From Rotaria socialis (Eukaryota), in assembly GCA_905331295.1 (NCBI GenBank), contig CAJNYD010000236.1:124001-188000 (forward strand): a stretch of 64,000 bases of DNA, given 5' to 3'. Below are positions 38,728 to 52,169 of this stretch, piece after piece. Below the pieces are notes generated by a model. It made no database searches. It saw only the letters and a program-made list of their open reading frames with translations, and had not been told where the DNA came from. Both the position numbers and the translations under genes were made by a program. Position 1 is the first letter of the stretch; each line of letters starts with the position of its first letter.

Positions 38728-40992
38728 ATGAATCAGGATCAAACCGAAAACACATCTGTATGATCAAAAAAAAAATAATCGTATTTAAAAATTTTTCTCT
38801 TTTTTCTCTCTTTGTTTAGCTGTCCAATACTCAAAAAGTTCTAACCTCATTAGTTGCCGGCGGTTGTGCAGGTAAAATAGATAAGAATCGAAGAAGTGCA
38901 CTTGATTTGATTATTCACTTATTTATTTTCCAGGTGCTGTCTCTAAAACAACAATTGCGCCATTCGATCGAGCTAAAATTAATTTTCAAGGTCAAATCTC
39001 TGTCAAAAATAATATCTATTCTAATCTAAATTAAATCTTTTCTCTAGTTAGAACCGATAAATTTAGTTATAGACGTTGCTTTAAATTTATAAGAGATACA
39101 TATCGAAAGGATGGTTTCGTTTGTTTATATCGAGGAAATTCAGCAAACTTAGCTCGTGTTATTCCTGCAGCAGCCATCTATTTTAGCGCTCATGAACAAT
39201 GGAAGCGTCTTCTTAATACAGATAAATATGAGTAAGATTTTTATGAAGAAGAATTATAAAATTTATCTAAGAAATAAATATGTATTGAAAGAAAAACACC
39301 TGGCCGTCGATTTATTGCTGGTTCTTTAGCTGGTCTTACATCATCAACAATAACTTATCCACTTGATTTAGCTCGTGCTCGTATGGCAGTAACCAGCAAA
39401 ACTGTGTATGTTATTTTAAAGATTTTATTATGAAATTTGCATTGTTGTTAAAATCGGTTCGAAATGAGAAACTGAAAATTGATGACCAAAACTTTTAGTC
39501 AAAGAATTCGTAGTGACAGAACAAAAGTTTTAATTTACGAGTAGGTCTTGTACTTTGTTTGATGGAAGCAGAAAAAAAAGAAAATTAATATTATCTTGGC
39601 AGCTGTCCCCCCCGTCATAAAGAAGAAAGACTTACAATTTGTTTGTAGTACCATTGAACAACTTAAACCTACGAAAGTCACAGGCATGTTTAGTCATATC
39701 TGCTCAATCAACTTTTCTAAAGTCAATTTTTCGAATTAAAAAATATTTTTAGCATGAGATTATAGACTCTACTGTATAATTGGATGACGTAGATCTATAC
39801 TACATTTAAAATAGCCTTATTTCTTCTTCCAGATAAGTTCTATATCGTAACTGTTCGTAAGTCCTTTTCCAATAGATTTAGTAATACATCAGTCGTATTT
39901 AATTAATTGCAATTGTAACAACAAGTCTCTTGCAATATTCGACAATGCTTTTTCAGAGATAGAGTAATTCAGTTTGAAATAATTCATGGATTAGTTAGAC
40001 ATATCTACGGACTATGGTATTGTCTTCAATTTCGTTTGTAACCATAGTGAATTCTTTGCACCAATAAAATCAAGATATGAACGATCCATCAAATTAGAAT
40101 ATTTGTGTTTTGTTCGTCAGTTATGCTTGTTTGAGACAAGGAACAGAGAAAGCCGGTGTCATGTTTCTATTTTCACAATCGATTAATATTCGATGTTTTA
40201 GACTAAAATCAGCGTTTTTCTGTATTTGCCATATATGCACAAGAATAAACATGTTTTGTCTATTTAAATACATACGTACGTAGTTATAGATTATAGAATG
40301 AGTTTTACTAATTACATAAACTAATATTAGTGCAACAAATATCAAACTTCCATTTGAGTTAATAACGTGGCGTAAGATCTTCGCTAAATGTGAATCGATA
40401 GTAAGAATTAAATTATGATAAATGATAGTTCTTTTTTTCTCTTTTACAGGTATACAAATTTATTCTCAGTTTTTCTAGCTGTTTTTCGAACTGAAGGTGT
40501 TTTTGCTTTATATCGTGGTGCACTATGGTCAATGATTGGCGTATTACCTTATTCTGGCTTTGTCTTTTTTACTTATGAGTCCCTCAAACATATTCGCTTA
40601 GGTAAGAAAACATTAAAAACAATCTTAGTTTTCATATAAAAGTTTTTTTCTTCTTTAAATAAGATTATCAATCTCACCGTCCTATTAATAAGACAGAACA
40701 AATGTGTTTCGGAGCTATATCTGGTCTTATTGGCCAAACGGTTTCATATCCATTTGATGTTGTTCGACGACGATTACAAACTGCTGCTGTTATTCGACCA
40801 AATGAACGATATCTTGGCGCAATAGCAACAGCACGTAAAATAATTCGTGAAGAAGGCATAACAAGTGGCTTATACAAAGGTGTAACTATGAATTGGTTTA
40901 AAGGGCCAATATCTATAGGTGTTTCTTTCATGACATTTGATACATTAATTAGGCTGATTCGTCAATCATCACTGTTCCCTCCAAACTCTTGA
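38728..40992 (+). CDS. SLC25A42: Mitochondrial carrier, CoA transporter SLC25A42-like (~7 exons)
   Basis: Three carrier signatures: KTTIAPFDRAKINFQ, TYPLDLARARMAVT, SYPFDVVRRRLQT; also RGNSANLARVIP..AHEQWKR and LYKGVTMNWFKGPISIGVSF. Confidence 0.9.
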
Positions 40993-41383
40993 TCGAATTC
41001 AATTTTCATTTCGTTGATTTTTTCTTATTTCTTCCTCTATTTTCATATATTATCCAAGTATTTTTCTAAGTTGCGTTCTTGCTAATGTTCTAGTCTCCAC
41101 CGAGTGTATTTATATTTTCCAGATGATTGATTGTTTTCTATTATTATTATGATGATGATGATGATGATGATGAATAGTTTCAATTAGTAAAATTTTGTTC
41201 ATGTTCACATTGACAATTATTGTTGACTCATGATTCCATAGTTCTCACTTATTGAAAAAGAATCTTTCTTTTTTTTTTTTGTTTTTCATTATGCAAACGT
41301 ATTTGAAGAATTTGTTCAAAATCATATTAATCGAAATAGGAAAGTAATAGACATCAAAATTATTCTCTGAGTGCGTTTTCTAG

Positions 41384-42699
41384 ATGACAACAAATATAAT
41401 ATTGTCTTTTACGGATCTACCATTACTCGTACAAGATAAAATAATAAATTATTTTTCATATGCAGAATTAAGTTGTTTACGTTCGACATCAAAACATTTT
41501 CAGCGATTATGCTCTGAAAAGCTCAATCGAGGTTATTCTCAACTTGAAATAATTATTCATGATTTACAAAAACAAATTAAAACAAAATTGCCACGACGAG
41601 AATCGGAACGACATAAAGTAAGCAAAATCCAAAGAAGACTATTCATTTTTCGATATATACCAAATGAGAATAGTGGTACGGTACTCAAAACCTACACGAT
41701 CACTTTACATTGTGTCAGATGTTTGAAGAAAAATTCAAGTGCCTTTTTAGTTCGAGAACAATTCTATACGTATATTTCTAATGAATATTAGCTATAAGAA
41801 ATACTAGAGACTATAAATATTAACAGTTCTATATTGTATGTTCATGTCATTAATGAGTCAGATTGTTGACCTATGATTTCATGTCTTGTCAATTAGTAAT
41901 TAATCGTTAGCTTTTCCTTTTTAGCATCCTTTATCAACAAAATTTGATATAATATCTTCTCTTGATTCTCGTATTCAATGGCTTAAATTAACATTTAGTT
42001 CGGCCATACAAAATTCATTCTGTTGTTTTTATCCGGGTCATGTAAGAAATTTTTTTCGGTGATTTTTTTCAAAACAAAAATTTTTTTCAATTTATTTAGT
42101 TACTTGATGAAATTTATTCAGTATTAAATCATTTAAAAACACAGCAATCATTTTCAAATCCATGTACACTGCTGCAAGAAACACGTGATATGTCATCAAT
42201 GGCTATTGAGCATTTTCGTGAACAAATTAAACCGAAATTACAATCAATGCGTATGACTTCGTTAAATACAATACGTCATAATATTTCGACATTTTCAACA
42301 ACTATGACTAGTTCTCTATCTCATTATCATCATCATCATCGTAAACGATCAACGAATGGAATATTTCGTCGACGAATCGATATATTAAAAAATCGTATAT
42401 GTAAACAAAATATTATTATGAAATCTCAAAAATCTCAAGTGAAACATTATAAACAACTATTACATATGCGTACAAAATCATTAATTGATCATCATAGGCG
42501 TTTAAAGTATCTTGAAAAGAAAAATAAAGAATCAGAACAAATTCTACTTGAAATACAACGAGATAACAATACATTATTACAACGTATTGATCGATTTGTT
42601 TTAACCTACGATAACATACCAACGGAACTAAATAATAAGAAATGTGATGAAATATTTCCTCAAATAAATACAAATTTAAAACGTCGAAAAATTGATTGA
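41384..42699 (+). CDS. FBXO28: F-box only protein 28-like (3 exons: ~41384-41617, 41925-42041, 42100-42699)
   Basis: F-box DLPLLVQDKIINYFSY; KLPRRESERHK|HPL..CCFYPGH|LLDEIY..LQETRDMSSMAIEHF; C-terminal coiled coil and KRRK. Confidence 0.88.
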
Positions 42700-43381
42700 T
42701 GTATTTATGTGCATTCAGTATCTTTTCTTCTGCCTTCTTTTTTGTTACAATCAAAAATCTAAGAAAAATCTGTCCTTTTGACTTTTTCTAGCAAGATATG
42801 TTTTGTTTATAAAATATATAATGAGGAAGTGTTCGATTTTATGTTTCCATTGCGAAATCAAAATCTAAGCATTGCAGCTGCAAAATCAATCACTAAGAAG
42901 AATCTTTTTTTTCTCTGAATTTTCACTAGAATGCTTTTTTGTTTGCTCTATTCGATGTTGTGAGTCATCTTTAGTTCAGTATGAACAACTTGTTTCCATC
43001 TAGCTGAAATTTGAGATAGAGTTTTCTTCTTATATAAAAATATGACAAAGAAAATGATTTCTTTTCATATTTTTGTATTGTGCTTGTTTTAATAGTTTAC
43101 TTTATTTTTCAACAGATTCATGTCTAAAGGAAAATATTTATTGATAAAAACTGTCTACTAGATAGTTTTTAGAGTTACATGAAGATATTATCGATATTTC
43201 ATATTCTAAGTTTTATTAAGTGTGAATTTTTTTCAAAAAATTGAATCTATTTGAGTCCTTTTTTTTTGTTTTAAAGTTATGTTCATTCGGCTTTATATAA
43301 TTATTACTGTATATACATAGTTACTTAACGACTTTCACTTAGTCGACAACATTCATTATAGACTCATCTGCACTATTAAAA

Positions 43382-45438
43382 ATGAAATTCGTTTTAGACA
43401 TGATAATTATTCGTCGACATACACAATATTTTCTTCATGAAATTCGTCGCACATTAATAGCCGAACGTATTCCTCAATATAAAGAACGTTCAGCTTTACT
43501 TCCTGGTGGTTTAAATACTCCATTTCCAATTGTTGTTGAACCAGACATTGATCTAGAATTATTATTTAAAAGTCATGAACAATTACAAGAAAATCTTGAA
43601 CGGCGACATTGGATTGTTGATGTTAAAAAAGTCGAACATGATTATCATCTATGGAAAAAATTAAATAGACAAATAGCTGAAGCAACAGCACGACGATCGC
43701 AAGTAGATAAAGATGAATTTCTATATTTTATTTATGTAGCATTTCTAAATTTAGCTCGAAGAATTACATCAATGGGGCGAACAATTGTATGCTTTGAATG
43801 CAAAATTTCTTGTAGCTTGTTTACGTTTACCAGCACCATTACATGGAGCTGTACCTGAGACAAGTGGAAGAAAATTATTATACGAATATGGCAGTCAAAG
43901 AAAATCAAGTTTAACCATGAGATCATGGCGAGATTTAGCCGAAGTAACATCACTTGATGCTGCACCATTTTCATCATTTGCATTTGGTGAATTGTATGCG
44001 AATAATAAAATTTCTTTTGAATTTGAATTCGTTTGTTTTTTGTATTATTTTAGTGCTCAATTAGAATATACTTTACTAAATTATTTCAACAAAAGTCTCG
44101 ATGCATATAATATGCAGCTTTGTTCAGCTGTTAATGTTGTTAAATCATTTGTAATTGAAGCATTTGGTTATCATTTTTCCGATATTAAAAATGTGTTTAA
44201 TATTGTTGGTAAGAAAAACAAGTAAAGAAAAGTAAATTTTATGTGTTTCTTTTTTGCAAATAATATTAGCCGAACATGATGATGATGAAAATAGTGTTGA
44301 ACTTTTACATCTATTCGGAACGTCAACACCACTTGGTATAGTATCTCCTTTTATACGGACAAATTTTACAAGAGATGCCTTACCTTATTATGTATACTCA
44401 ATTGGACGAAATTATAATCCACACTCAGGACAATCATCATGCATTGAACTACTAGGTAAACTTTATTTTCTTTTAGTTGTATTAGTCGCAAAACTATGAA
44501 TCACGTTGGCTGAACATAGATTTCATACTTAAATTTTTGATTCAAAAATAGAATACAAAAATGATTTCGATCTTTTTTTTATAATGCCATTACGAGCCTC
44601 AAGAGCCTTTGAAAAGTTTAGGCGAATATCCAAATAGATCGGAAAGAGTTCATTAACAAAATTTCGCTATAAAGTTTCCGTAACTCAAACTATTACGTTA
44701 CTAGTGTTATACCATAATGCTCTACTGAGAAATCAGAATAGCATAGCTGAGAGTGTGATAAAAACTCGACATCTTAAACCTTAGTTTGATATTTGCTTCA
44801 ATCTTCGACAAATTTTCAGTCCTGATATTTTCTCTATCAATAATAAAATTTATAACATTTTAATTCTTTATAACTGAAAAAATCGTAAACTTTCTTAATG
44901 TTTTATCTTTCCTTATTTAATAGCGTTCTCAAATGAGCATTCTCAACATTTACTCGTTGATGATCATCAAAAAGCTGGTGATGAACGAGCAAAAGCTTTT
45001 GAAGATATTCTCAAAAAATCTATCACCAACTGTGTAAACATCACCCATCCAAAAGATATCAATTTAATGTCGAATTCTGTTGATTTTATTTATATTCAAT
45101 TGGCTACAATTATAACTAGTTTCTATCAACGTTTAAATTTGCCATTACGTGTATGTCTTTCACCCTCATATGAACTTTTATCGTATGAATCATTACGCTT
45201 AACCATCGAAGTTTATCTTCCATCACAAATAGATTATGTACGCGTTGGATCTGTGTCATTGATTGACGATTATCTTTCTCGAAGACTCATGATTAAACAT
45301 AACTCGGACAAAAAAAGTTACGTGGCTATGGTACATGCCCGTGTTGCTGACGTATCACAATTAGCAAAATGTGTTTTAGAAGCGTCACAAACAATCGGCA
45401 GAGGCATTAAATTACCATCAGTATTGTCCATGCGCTAA
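43382..45438 (+). CDS. Seryl-tRNA synthetase-like mitochondrial paralog (SLIMP-like), ~5 exons
   Basis: SerRS-like coiled arm and LRLPAPLHGAVP; LPYYVYSIGRNY; ELLSYESLRLTIEVYLPSQIDYVRVGSVSLIDDYLSRRLMI; class II motifs 2 and 3 are degenerate. Confidence 0.78.
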
Positions 45439-45557
45439 TTCATGTACATAAGCTAACTTATTGCTTTTTCATTATTTTTCAAATTGTAAAAATAAAAACA
45501 GAAAAATAATCTTATTTATTTTTTTTGTTACATATTTTGTTTATCTGACGTTAGTTT

Positions 45558-48500
45558 TTAAATTACAGTAGGTTTATTATCTAGTTTAACATCTATTTGC
45601 TTGTATAGTTTAGCCATTTGTTTTCGTTTTTCTACTTGTATTGAATCATGATATGTAAATACCTAAAAAAATAGATTTTGTTTTATATATCGAACATGAA
45701 AAATTATATTTCAATACTTACAAGATAGAGATACGTTAATTTTAAGTGAAGAGTTTCTTGGAAACTAATAAATATATCTTTGGCCAAAAGTAGCAAATGT
45801 TCAGCTTCAGATGAATCTAAAATAATCAATCGAATAGGCAAATAGTCGATGTGTAGAAGATTTAGTAACTCTGTTGGATTGTAATTTGTAAGAAATATTA
45901 GAGGATGAAATCGAATAAGAAAACATTCGACTAAATTGTTCAAAAATATAAAAGATTCAAAGTCGTGACCATTCTCGTTATTCTCAATCTGTCGAATTTC
46001 TTCAAACGCTCTTAAATATATCATTTATTAGTTAATTCTACAGCCATAATAAATTACAATCAATCACATATCTATCTTCATGATATCGATCTCTCAAAAA
46101 CTGCGAGTTTTAGTAAATTATGCAACATAGATTGTATTGAAATAAACGATAAATTCCGAATTCATATTCAATCATGTGATTTCCGTACGCTGTTAAAAAT
46201 TTTACAATCGAGAATATTGATGTCTAACTTACAATTAGGATAAACTCGATCATCAGCCATTTCTAATAAATACAATCGACCAAGTAACAATGCACATCGA
46301 GCAACATTATAACGATCACCATATTTTAAAAGTTCAGTAAGACAAAAAGTCAAAATTCGAATAGATTCCTGTGATGTTGTAAAATTTGACTATTATAGAG
46401 AACAGAAGGAATATTTTTCATTCAAAAAAAAAAAGAATTTAATGTACCTTATTTAATTGTACTTCATATAAAAGACAAAGAATTAAATAATGCTGAAGAT
46501 TGTATTTAATACATAATTGTTTGCATTCTTCAAGAAATCCAAGACTTGGTACGAGATCATTTTTCTTTGCACAATTTTCAGTTAATAATAATAAAAGTCT
46601 TAAGAAAACGTTTGAAAAACAAACCAATGAAATACTATATATGAATCATTAATTGATTTACTTTATTCTTGATATGAGATCAGATACTTTCTCTTGATTT
46701 AATAATTTTTGTAACTCAATCGGATCTCGTTGACTATCATCGAGTTCATTTAAATTATGTAAACATATTGCTCGACTAATGATTAAGAAAAATAAAACAA
46801 TCTTCTTATACAATATAGAAATCATCGTACCGTATTTCGTATTCAATTTGTGAATAGTTCGAAAATGTTTTAGCTGTAACCAATGCTCTATCCCATTCAT
46901 TTCGTCGGCATTGAAGTACAAATTGAACATCGGCTCGAGCCATATCAATTAAATTATGTGCATTGGTCGATAATTGTACTAAGTCAATACTTTTATTTAA
47001 CATTTGACTGGCAAGATTGTATTGACCCTTTTATTTAAAAATAAAAAACGAATAAGAATTATCATATTTAAAAGCAAAATTATATACTTGATTAAGTATA
47101 GCCATAGAAAGATATGAACATGCCAGAGCATAATAATCTGTATGGCGAAGATGTAAATGTTCAGTATTGTCCAGAACCATTGCAGAATAAAGTAAAACAA
47201 AATCACTAGAACGAACAAGTGAAATAAGAAGGTTTTTTAAGTTTGAGGAAATTTGCTTTTTGTTTTACTTGTATTGTGCTAAATTCCAAAAAGCTGTTTT
47301 ATTCAAATAATGTACAGCGGCACGATTAATCCAGTTGAAACGTGACTTAACATCTGTTCGTTCAAAATCAGTATCGATTCGTTGTCTAAAAGAATTCAAT
47401 TTTAATTTCAAAGAGAATAATAACAAAAAGCTACAAAACATACAATACTGCTGGAAGATTTCCTCGACTCATTAATTGTACCGATGGCCAACTTTCAACA
47501 CAGACGCAATCATCCTATTGAATAAAAATGTTTTGTTTATTGAGTTGGATGCGTTTCTAAAACGAAAGCTTACCGTAGTTAAAAATCCTGCTGATGAATT
47601 ATCAAGTTGTTTAAGATAACGATTATCGAGCAATAAAAGATTATCGACTTTTTGAGATGTATTTAATGTTGAAGAAATTAATTGATCCTAAAGAGAATAA
47701 TTTGCAATAAAATACAAATGTCATGATACTATTCTAAATGAAATAAATGTGTTAACAACCTACGTGATTTGTCAGAGATTACTATGCTGAACTTACAGGC
47801 CAAGAATTACTAAGATGAGTCCGCTTCTCGGTCTGTTCGGCACTCTATATTCTTCAATTATATTAATACATTTGAAAAATTAATTTAATAACTAATCGAT
47901 ACCCGTGAAAGTCAGAAAATCACTATAGATGGAACAATTTTTTCTAAAAACAGTCATCAACATTTACATTTTATACTTACCACACATAATGGCATAATAT
48001 CTTTTTCTGATCGTAATAAAGACATTGACATTCCATCGTTAAGAGCATTTTTCGCATCGACTCTTCAAAATACAAATACAAAAACAAAAAAAACCTTCTA
48101 CTGCTATCGAAAGAAAATTGAAGAAAATTTTACTTAAAATTATAATGAGATAAAAGTGTTGACATATGTAATGCACCAATATCGGATGTTAATTGAAATC
48201 CATTTTGTTTATCAAAATAATGATGTAAATAATAATTTGCTTGAGAATAGTTATTTTTTGAACGTGCTTGAAGATAGTGAACAAATGGCTAACAAGAGAA
48301 AAAAAGAGCAACCGAAAGGAAATTATTAAACAAGCAATAGTCAATTTACTTACAACTTCAGCTAATTGTGGATAAATCTTTTCAATGGATCGAAGAATTT
48401 CTAATTCATAATCATCAACTAATATTCCAGCATCCAAACGTAATGCCTAGATTTCTATTGATTTTAAATTGAAAAAACAAACAAACAAACAGACTTACAA

Positions 48501-49580
48501 GTTTAGTTAACATATACTCAGCTTGTTTAATCGATACCGGTATTGTCATTTCTGACGATGAACTAAAACAAAGATAAGAATTTGGAAATATTACATCTTA
48601 GTTCGTTAATGCTTACTATTGTTTTGTTTGAATTCTCAATTCTCGAATTGAAGTATTCTTTTTTATTTCATTTGTCGATTCGAATTCAGTCATCATTTTG
48701 TCATCTTTTGGTGGTAACGGACATTTAAATGTGGATGATCGAAGATATGAATCAACATATCGACTAACATCATTCACAAGTTGTTCGAGACTCGGCGTTG
48801 ATAACATTTCAAATGAACAAATATGACGACGTAGAAAGAGACCTATATTTATAAAGTTGATGAAATTCTTTGTTTTTTTGTTATATCAAAGTTAATCTTA
48901 CCAACAAGACTCCATCCTTTGATTGTATAATGTAGTTTATCGGATTGATGACTTAGTTGATTTTCATTGGCAAAATTTGATTCACCACGTTTTTGAATAA
49001 ATTTTGATAAATCATGAAACAAATCAATTATGTCTACTAAGGTTGCTTTTGCCAATTTAGCAATGCTAAACAGATTTCTTATCAAATTCTTCAGAGAAAA
49101 AATTCACATGAATAGATTTACCTTTGAGAATATTCAGTAATAAAATCATTATCAGGATAGACTTTTGCTAAATGTTGAATAAGATTTGGTAGCTCCCATT
49201 CAAAATTCTATTCAATCAAATAAGTTCTTATATAAATAATATATTTTCAATATCTTACTCGTGTGAGAAATAATACTAATGATGGTAGAAGAACATCTTC
49301 TGTGTAAACAAATTCAGGTGGTGTACTTCGTGTTGTTTCTTCTTCTTTCAAAGGTAAACATCGTTGATTCTATTCGTTCAGAAGTAAATATTATTAATAT
49401 TTTTTCAATCTGATTTATTCTTACTAGACGACGAAAAATTGTTCGAAATAATTGAAGAAGAATTATTTTACGCGAAGATAGATGTTCACATAAACGTGCA
49501 TAATCTATAAGACGTACTTCATCGTGTTGATGATTCATTCCACGATAGTGTATATTAGCATTTGGTCCATTTAAATCCAT
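45558..49580 (-). CDS. ANAPC5: Anaphase-promoting complex subunit 5-like, multi-exon
   Basis: KLHYTIKGWSLVG|LFLRR; YPQLAEV|PFVHYLQ..LHHYFDK..GALHMSTL; KTAFWNL; TPR-like C-terminal helices ending EKRKQMAKLYKQID. Exon joins were not all verified. Confidence 0.75.
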
Positions 49581-49687
49581 CTAAGTATAGTAAACATAAA
49601 AAATGAGAGCGTGATTAACTACTTTTAAAGTGATAATTGAAAATATAATAGAATCTTTTGTTAATCGATGTAGTTTTTGTTCATTAG

Positions 49688-50053
49688 TAGGGATGTAACA
49701 ATACCATTTGGAGACGCCTAAAGATGGTCAATCTTCATAATGAAGATGTACCAATACCAACCAATACGTTGTGTCACTTATAACCAACAAACTTAGCTCT
49801 ACCTGATAGGAGAATAAAACATACCAATACCAACAGAAAGTATCCCCAGTATTGGTAAAAAAACGGTAATTTTCACCAATACTCACCAATACTGGGGATA
49901 GTTTCTGTTGGTATTGGTATGTTTTATTCTCCTATCAGGTAGAGCTAAGTTTGTTGGTTATAGGTGATACAAAGTATTGGTTGGTATTGGCACACCTTCA
50001 TTATGAAAATTGACCATCTTTAGGTGTCTCCAAATGGTATTGTTACATCCCTA
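49688..50053. mobile_element. hAT (Ac-like) fold-back MITE
   Basis: TAGGGATGTAACAATACC ... GGTATTGTTACATCCCTA; ~170-bp near-perfect inverted arms; 8-bp TSD TTCATTAG (49680-49687, 50054-50061). Confidence 0.95.
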
Positions 50054-51665
50054 TTCATTAGGAGCGGACTCACGAAAAAATTATATTATTATTAAGAAGT
50101 ATTTAAAAATATAGCGGACCAATCGTGGATAATGAATAAAAAGATGTCAGTGATAAACAAATCGAAATCGATTATTTTATTATAACTATCAAGAAAGTTC
50201 ATTACCATGATCTCTTTCTAGTAGAAGAGTTTCTATAGCTTAATTATGATTATGAACGAATTGTACATAAAGTTCTTTTGATACTCATTGTGTATATTGG
50301 ACTATACAGATGTACATACATCTAAAGTCACCCCGATCGATAAGTTACAGTTTATAGGAATGAAACACTCAATGTATTAGTAAATGGGTTTGTTGTTTTT
50401 GATTACTTTCAATTATTTTTTTTTGACGATATGTAGACTGTAGAAATGTTGTGTTTTGTTTTGCTGAAAAATTATTACTAGAGAGCCAATCAAGCAAAAC
50501 TTTGCGGAAATCTTTCATACACAACATTGCATCAATAAAATTCTTCATTCGGTTCGTGCTTGTCAATACATTGATTGCAAATTTCTTCTCTATTTTCTAC
50601 TAATTAATTTTTCTTATTATTATTATGTTAAGAAATTGAAATAATAATATTGTGTTTTTATTTCGTCCCTTGTAAAAAAAAAAGAAACTTCCAGATATCC
50701 TTGAAAGTAATTAAAACACAACTCATATATTCAATCGGATTGCGTCTATGACAACCGATGACAACACACACATGATTAATACCCGAAATTAATTCCGTCT
50801 TGCAACATGAACCTCAGTTTGTAAAAACAAGCTTTAGAAATATTCTCGATTTGTAGATCAGAAGGAACTTAGGTTTAAGAAGATGAAGGCTTCTCCGTAC
50901 AAGATTATGTTGTTCTTTCGTACAACCACCTACAAAGTGACAGTCAAACAAAAGAAGATACATGAAAAGTGAATTTGTGTTATCAATATGATCAACATTC
51001 AATTGATAAACATCTCTATTAAGTCTTATTGGAAACTATTAGACACTGTCCATAAAACCTTGAACGAGTTGTTATTGAGGGATTCAGAACAATACAATCA
51101 TATATCGACTATTAAAAAGCAAAGCAACATTTCATGAAGCATTTTGACGAAGAGCTCTTGGAATGCTCAAATTTCCTTATGGGATTACTTAAAGTGTCAG
51201 AGGAATGAATTCTATAGTTGAAAAGGAACCGATCGAAACAAGTGAAGTATATTCAGTTATCAGCTGCTCAATGCATATTTAAATCGTTTGAAATCCAATT
51301 ATAATATCAGTAGTGTTACGATGTCTGAATGTGAAACGGCGATGAAAAACAGGCAGATGATCTTGAATACAATCGATGGCAATCACCAGATATGAAGACT
51401 ATTTTTTGTTCGTGTACATAAAAGTGCTTCTATCGATAAATAAGAATCGAAATTCTCGAAGAAAATAATGACTAGATTAACGTAAAATAAGTAAAACAAA
51501 CGTACGAAGTATACACTATCAACACCCTCTATCGTTACAACAAACTTAAGAAATCAAGTAAATAGTCAATGTCAATAAAGCGAACAATGGCTGAGCTACA
51601 CTACAGTCACCTGAGTTGTGTTTGGCATTTTCTCATTTTCTTTTGTAACAATCACTGGCCATTGA

Positions 51666-52169
51666 ATGGCTTCGGAGAATAATTCTATCAGGGACAACCG
51701 TGCGTACAGCACAGATTTAAAAGGATCTCAACTGCAAGAAAATGCTCGTCGTCCGTCGAATTCGTCGAGTGCCGATCGAAACAACGTCAAGGCACAATCT
51801 CGACCACAATCGAATTCGTCGAGTGCTGATCGAGACAACGTCAAGCCACAATCTCGACCACAATCGACAATTAAAGTTGTTGAAACTGTACCGATCGATC
51901 CGGACTATATGATAATCAGTGGCCATTTGCGTAGTAGCGTCTGTTTTGGTTATCCTGTTGCGCGAAGTAGCCATGCAAAACTAGTGCACAATGCTCAAAT
52001 ATTCAAAGAGCATTTTGAAATGGTTGCCTCGGAGCAACGAAGACACCCACATTCGTTTCGTCGTAAAAAGGATTGGCTCGGTCGATGGACCGAGGCGAAC
52101 ATCACAAGACAACGTCTCGTAAAAGAACTGCTTGAAATGCAAAAGAAGACAACTACTCCCAGTGGCTAA
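51666..52169 (+). CDS. Hypothetical 167-aa protein with a 19-aa (57-bp) tandem repeat
   Basis: ATG-to-TAA ORF, GC-richer than its flanks; repeat SNSSSADR(N/D)NVK(A/P)QSRPQ x2; no recognised domain. Confidence 0.6.
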   Translation: MASENNSIRDNRAYSTDLKGSQLQENARRPSNSSSADRNNVKAQSRPQSNSSSADRDNVKPQSRPQSTIKVVETVPIDPDYMIISGHLRSSVCFGYPVARSSHAKLVHNAQIFKEHFEMVASEQRRHPHSFRRKKDWLGRWTEANITRQRLVKELLEMQKKTTTPSG

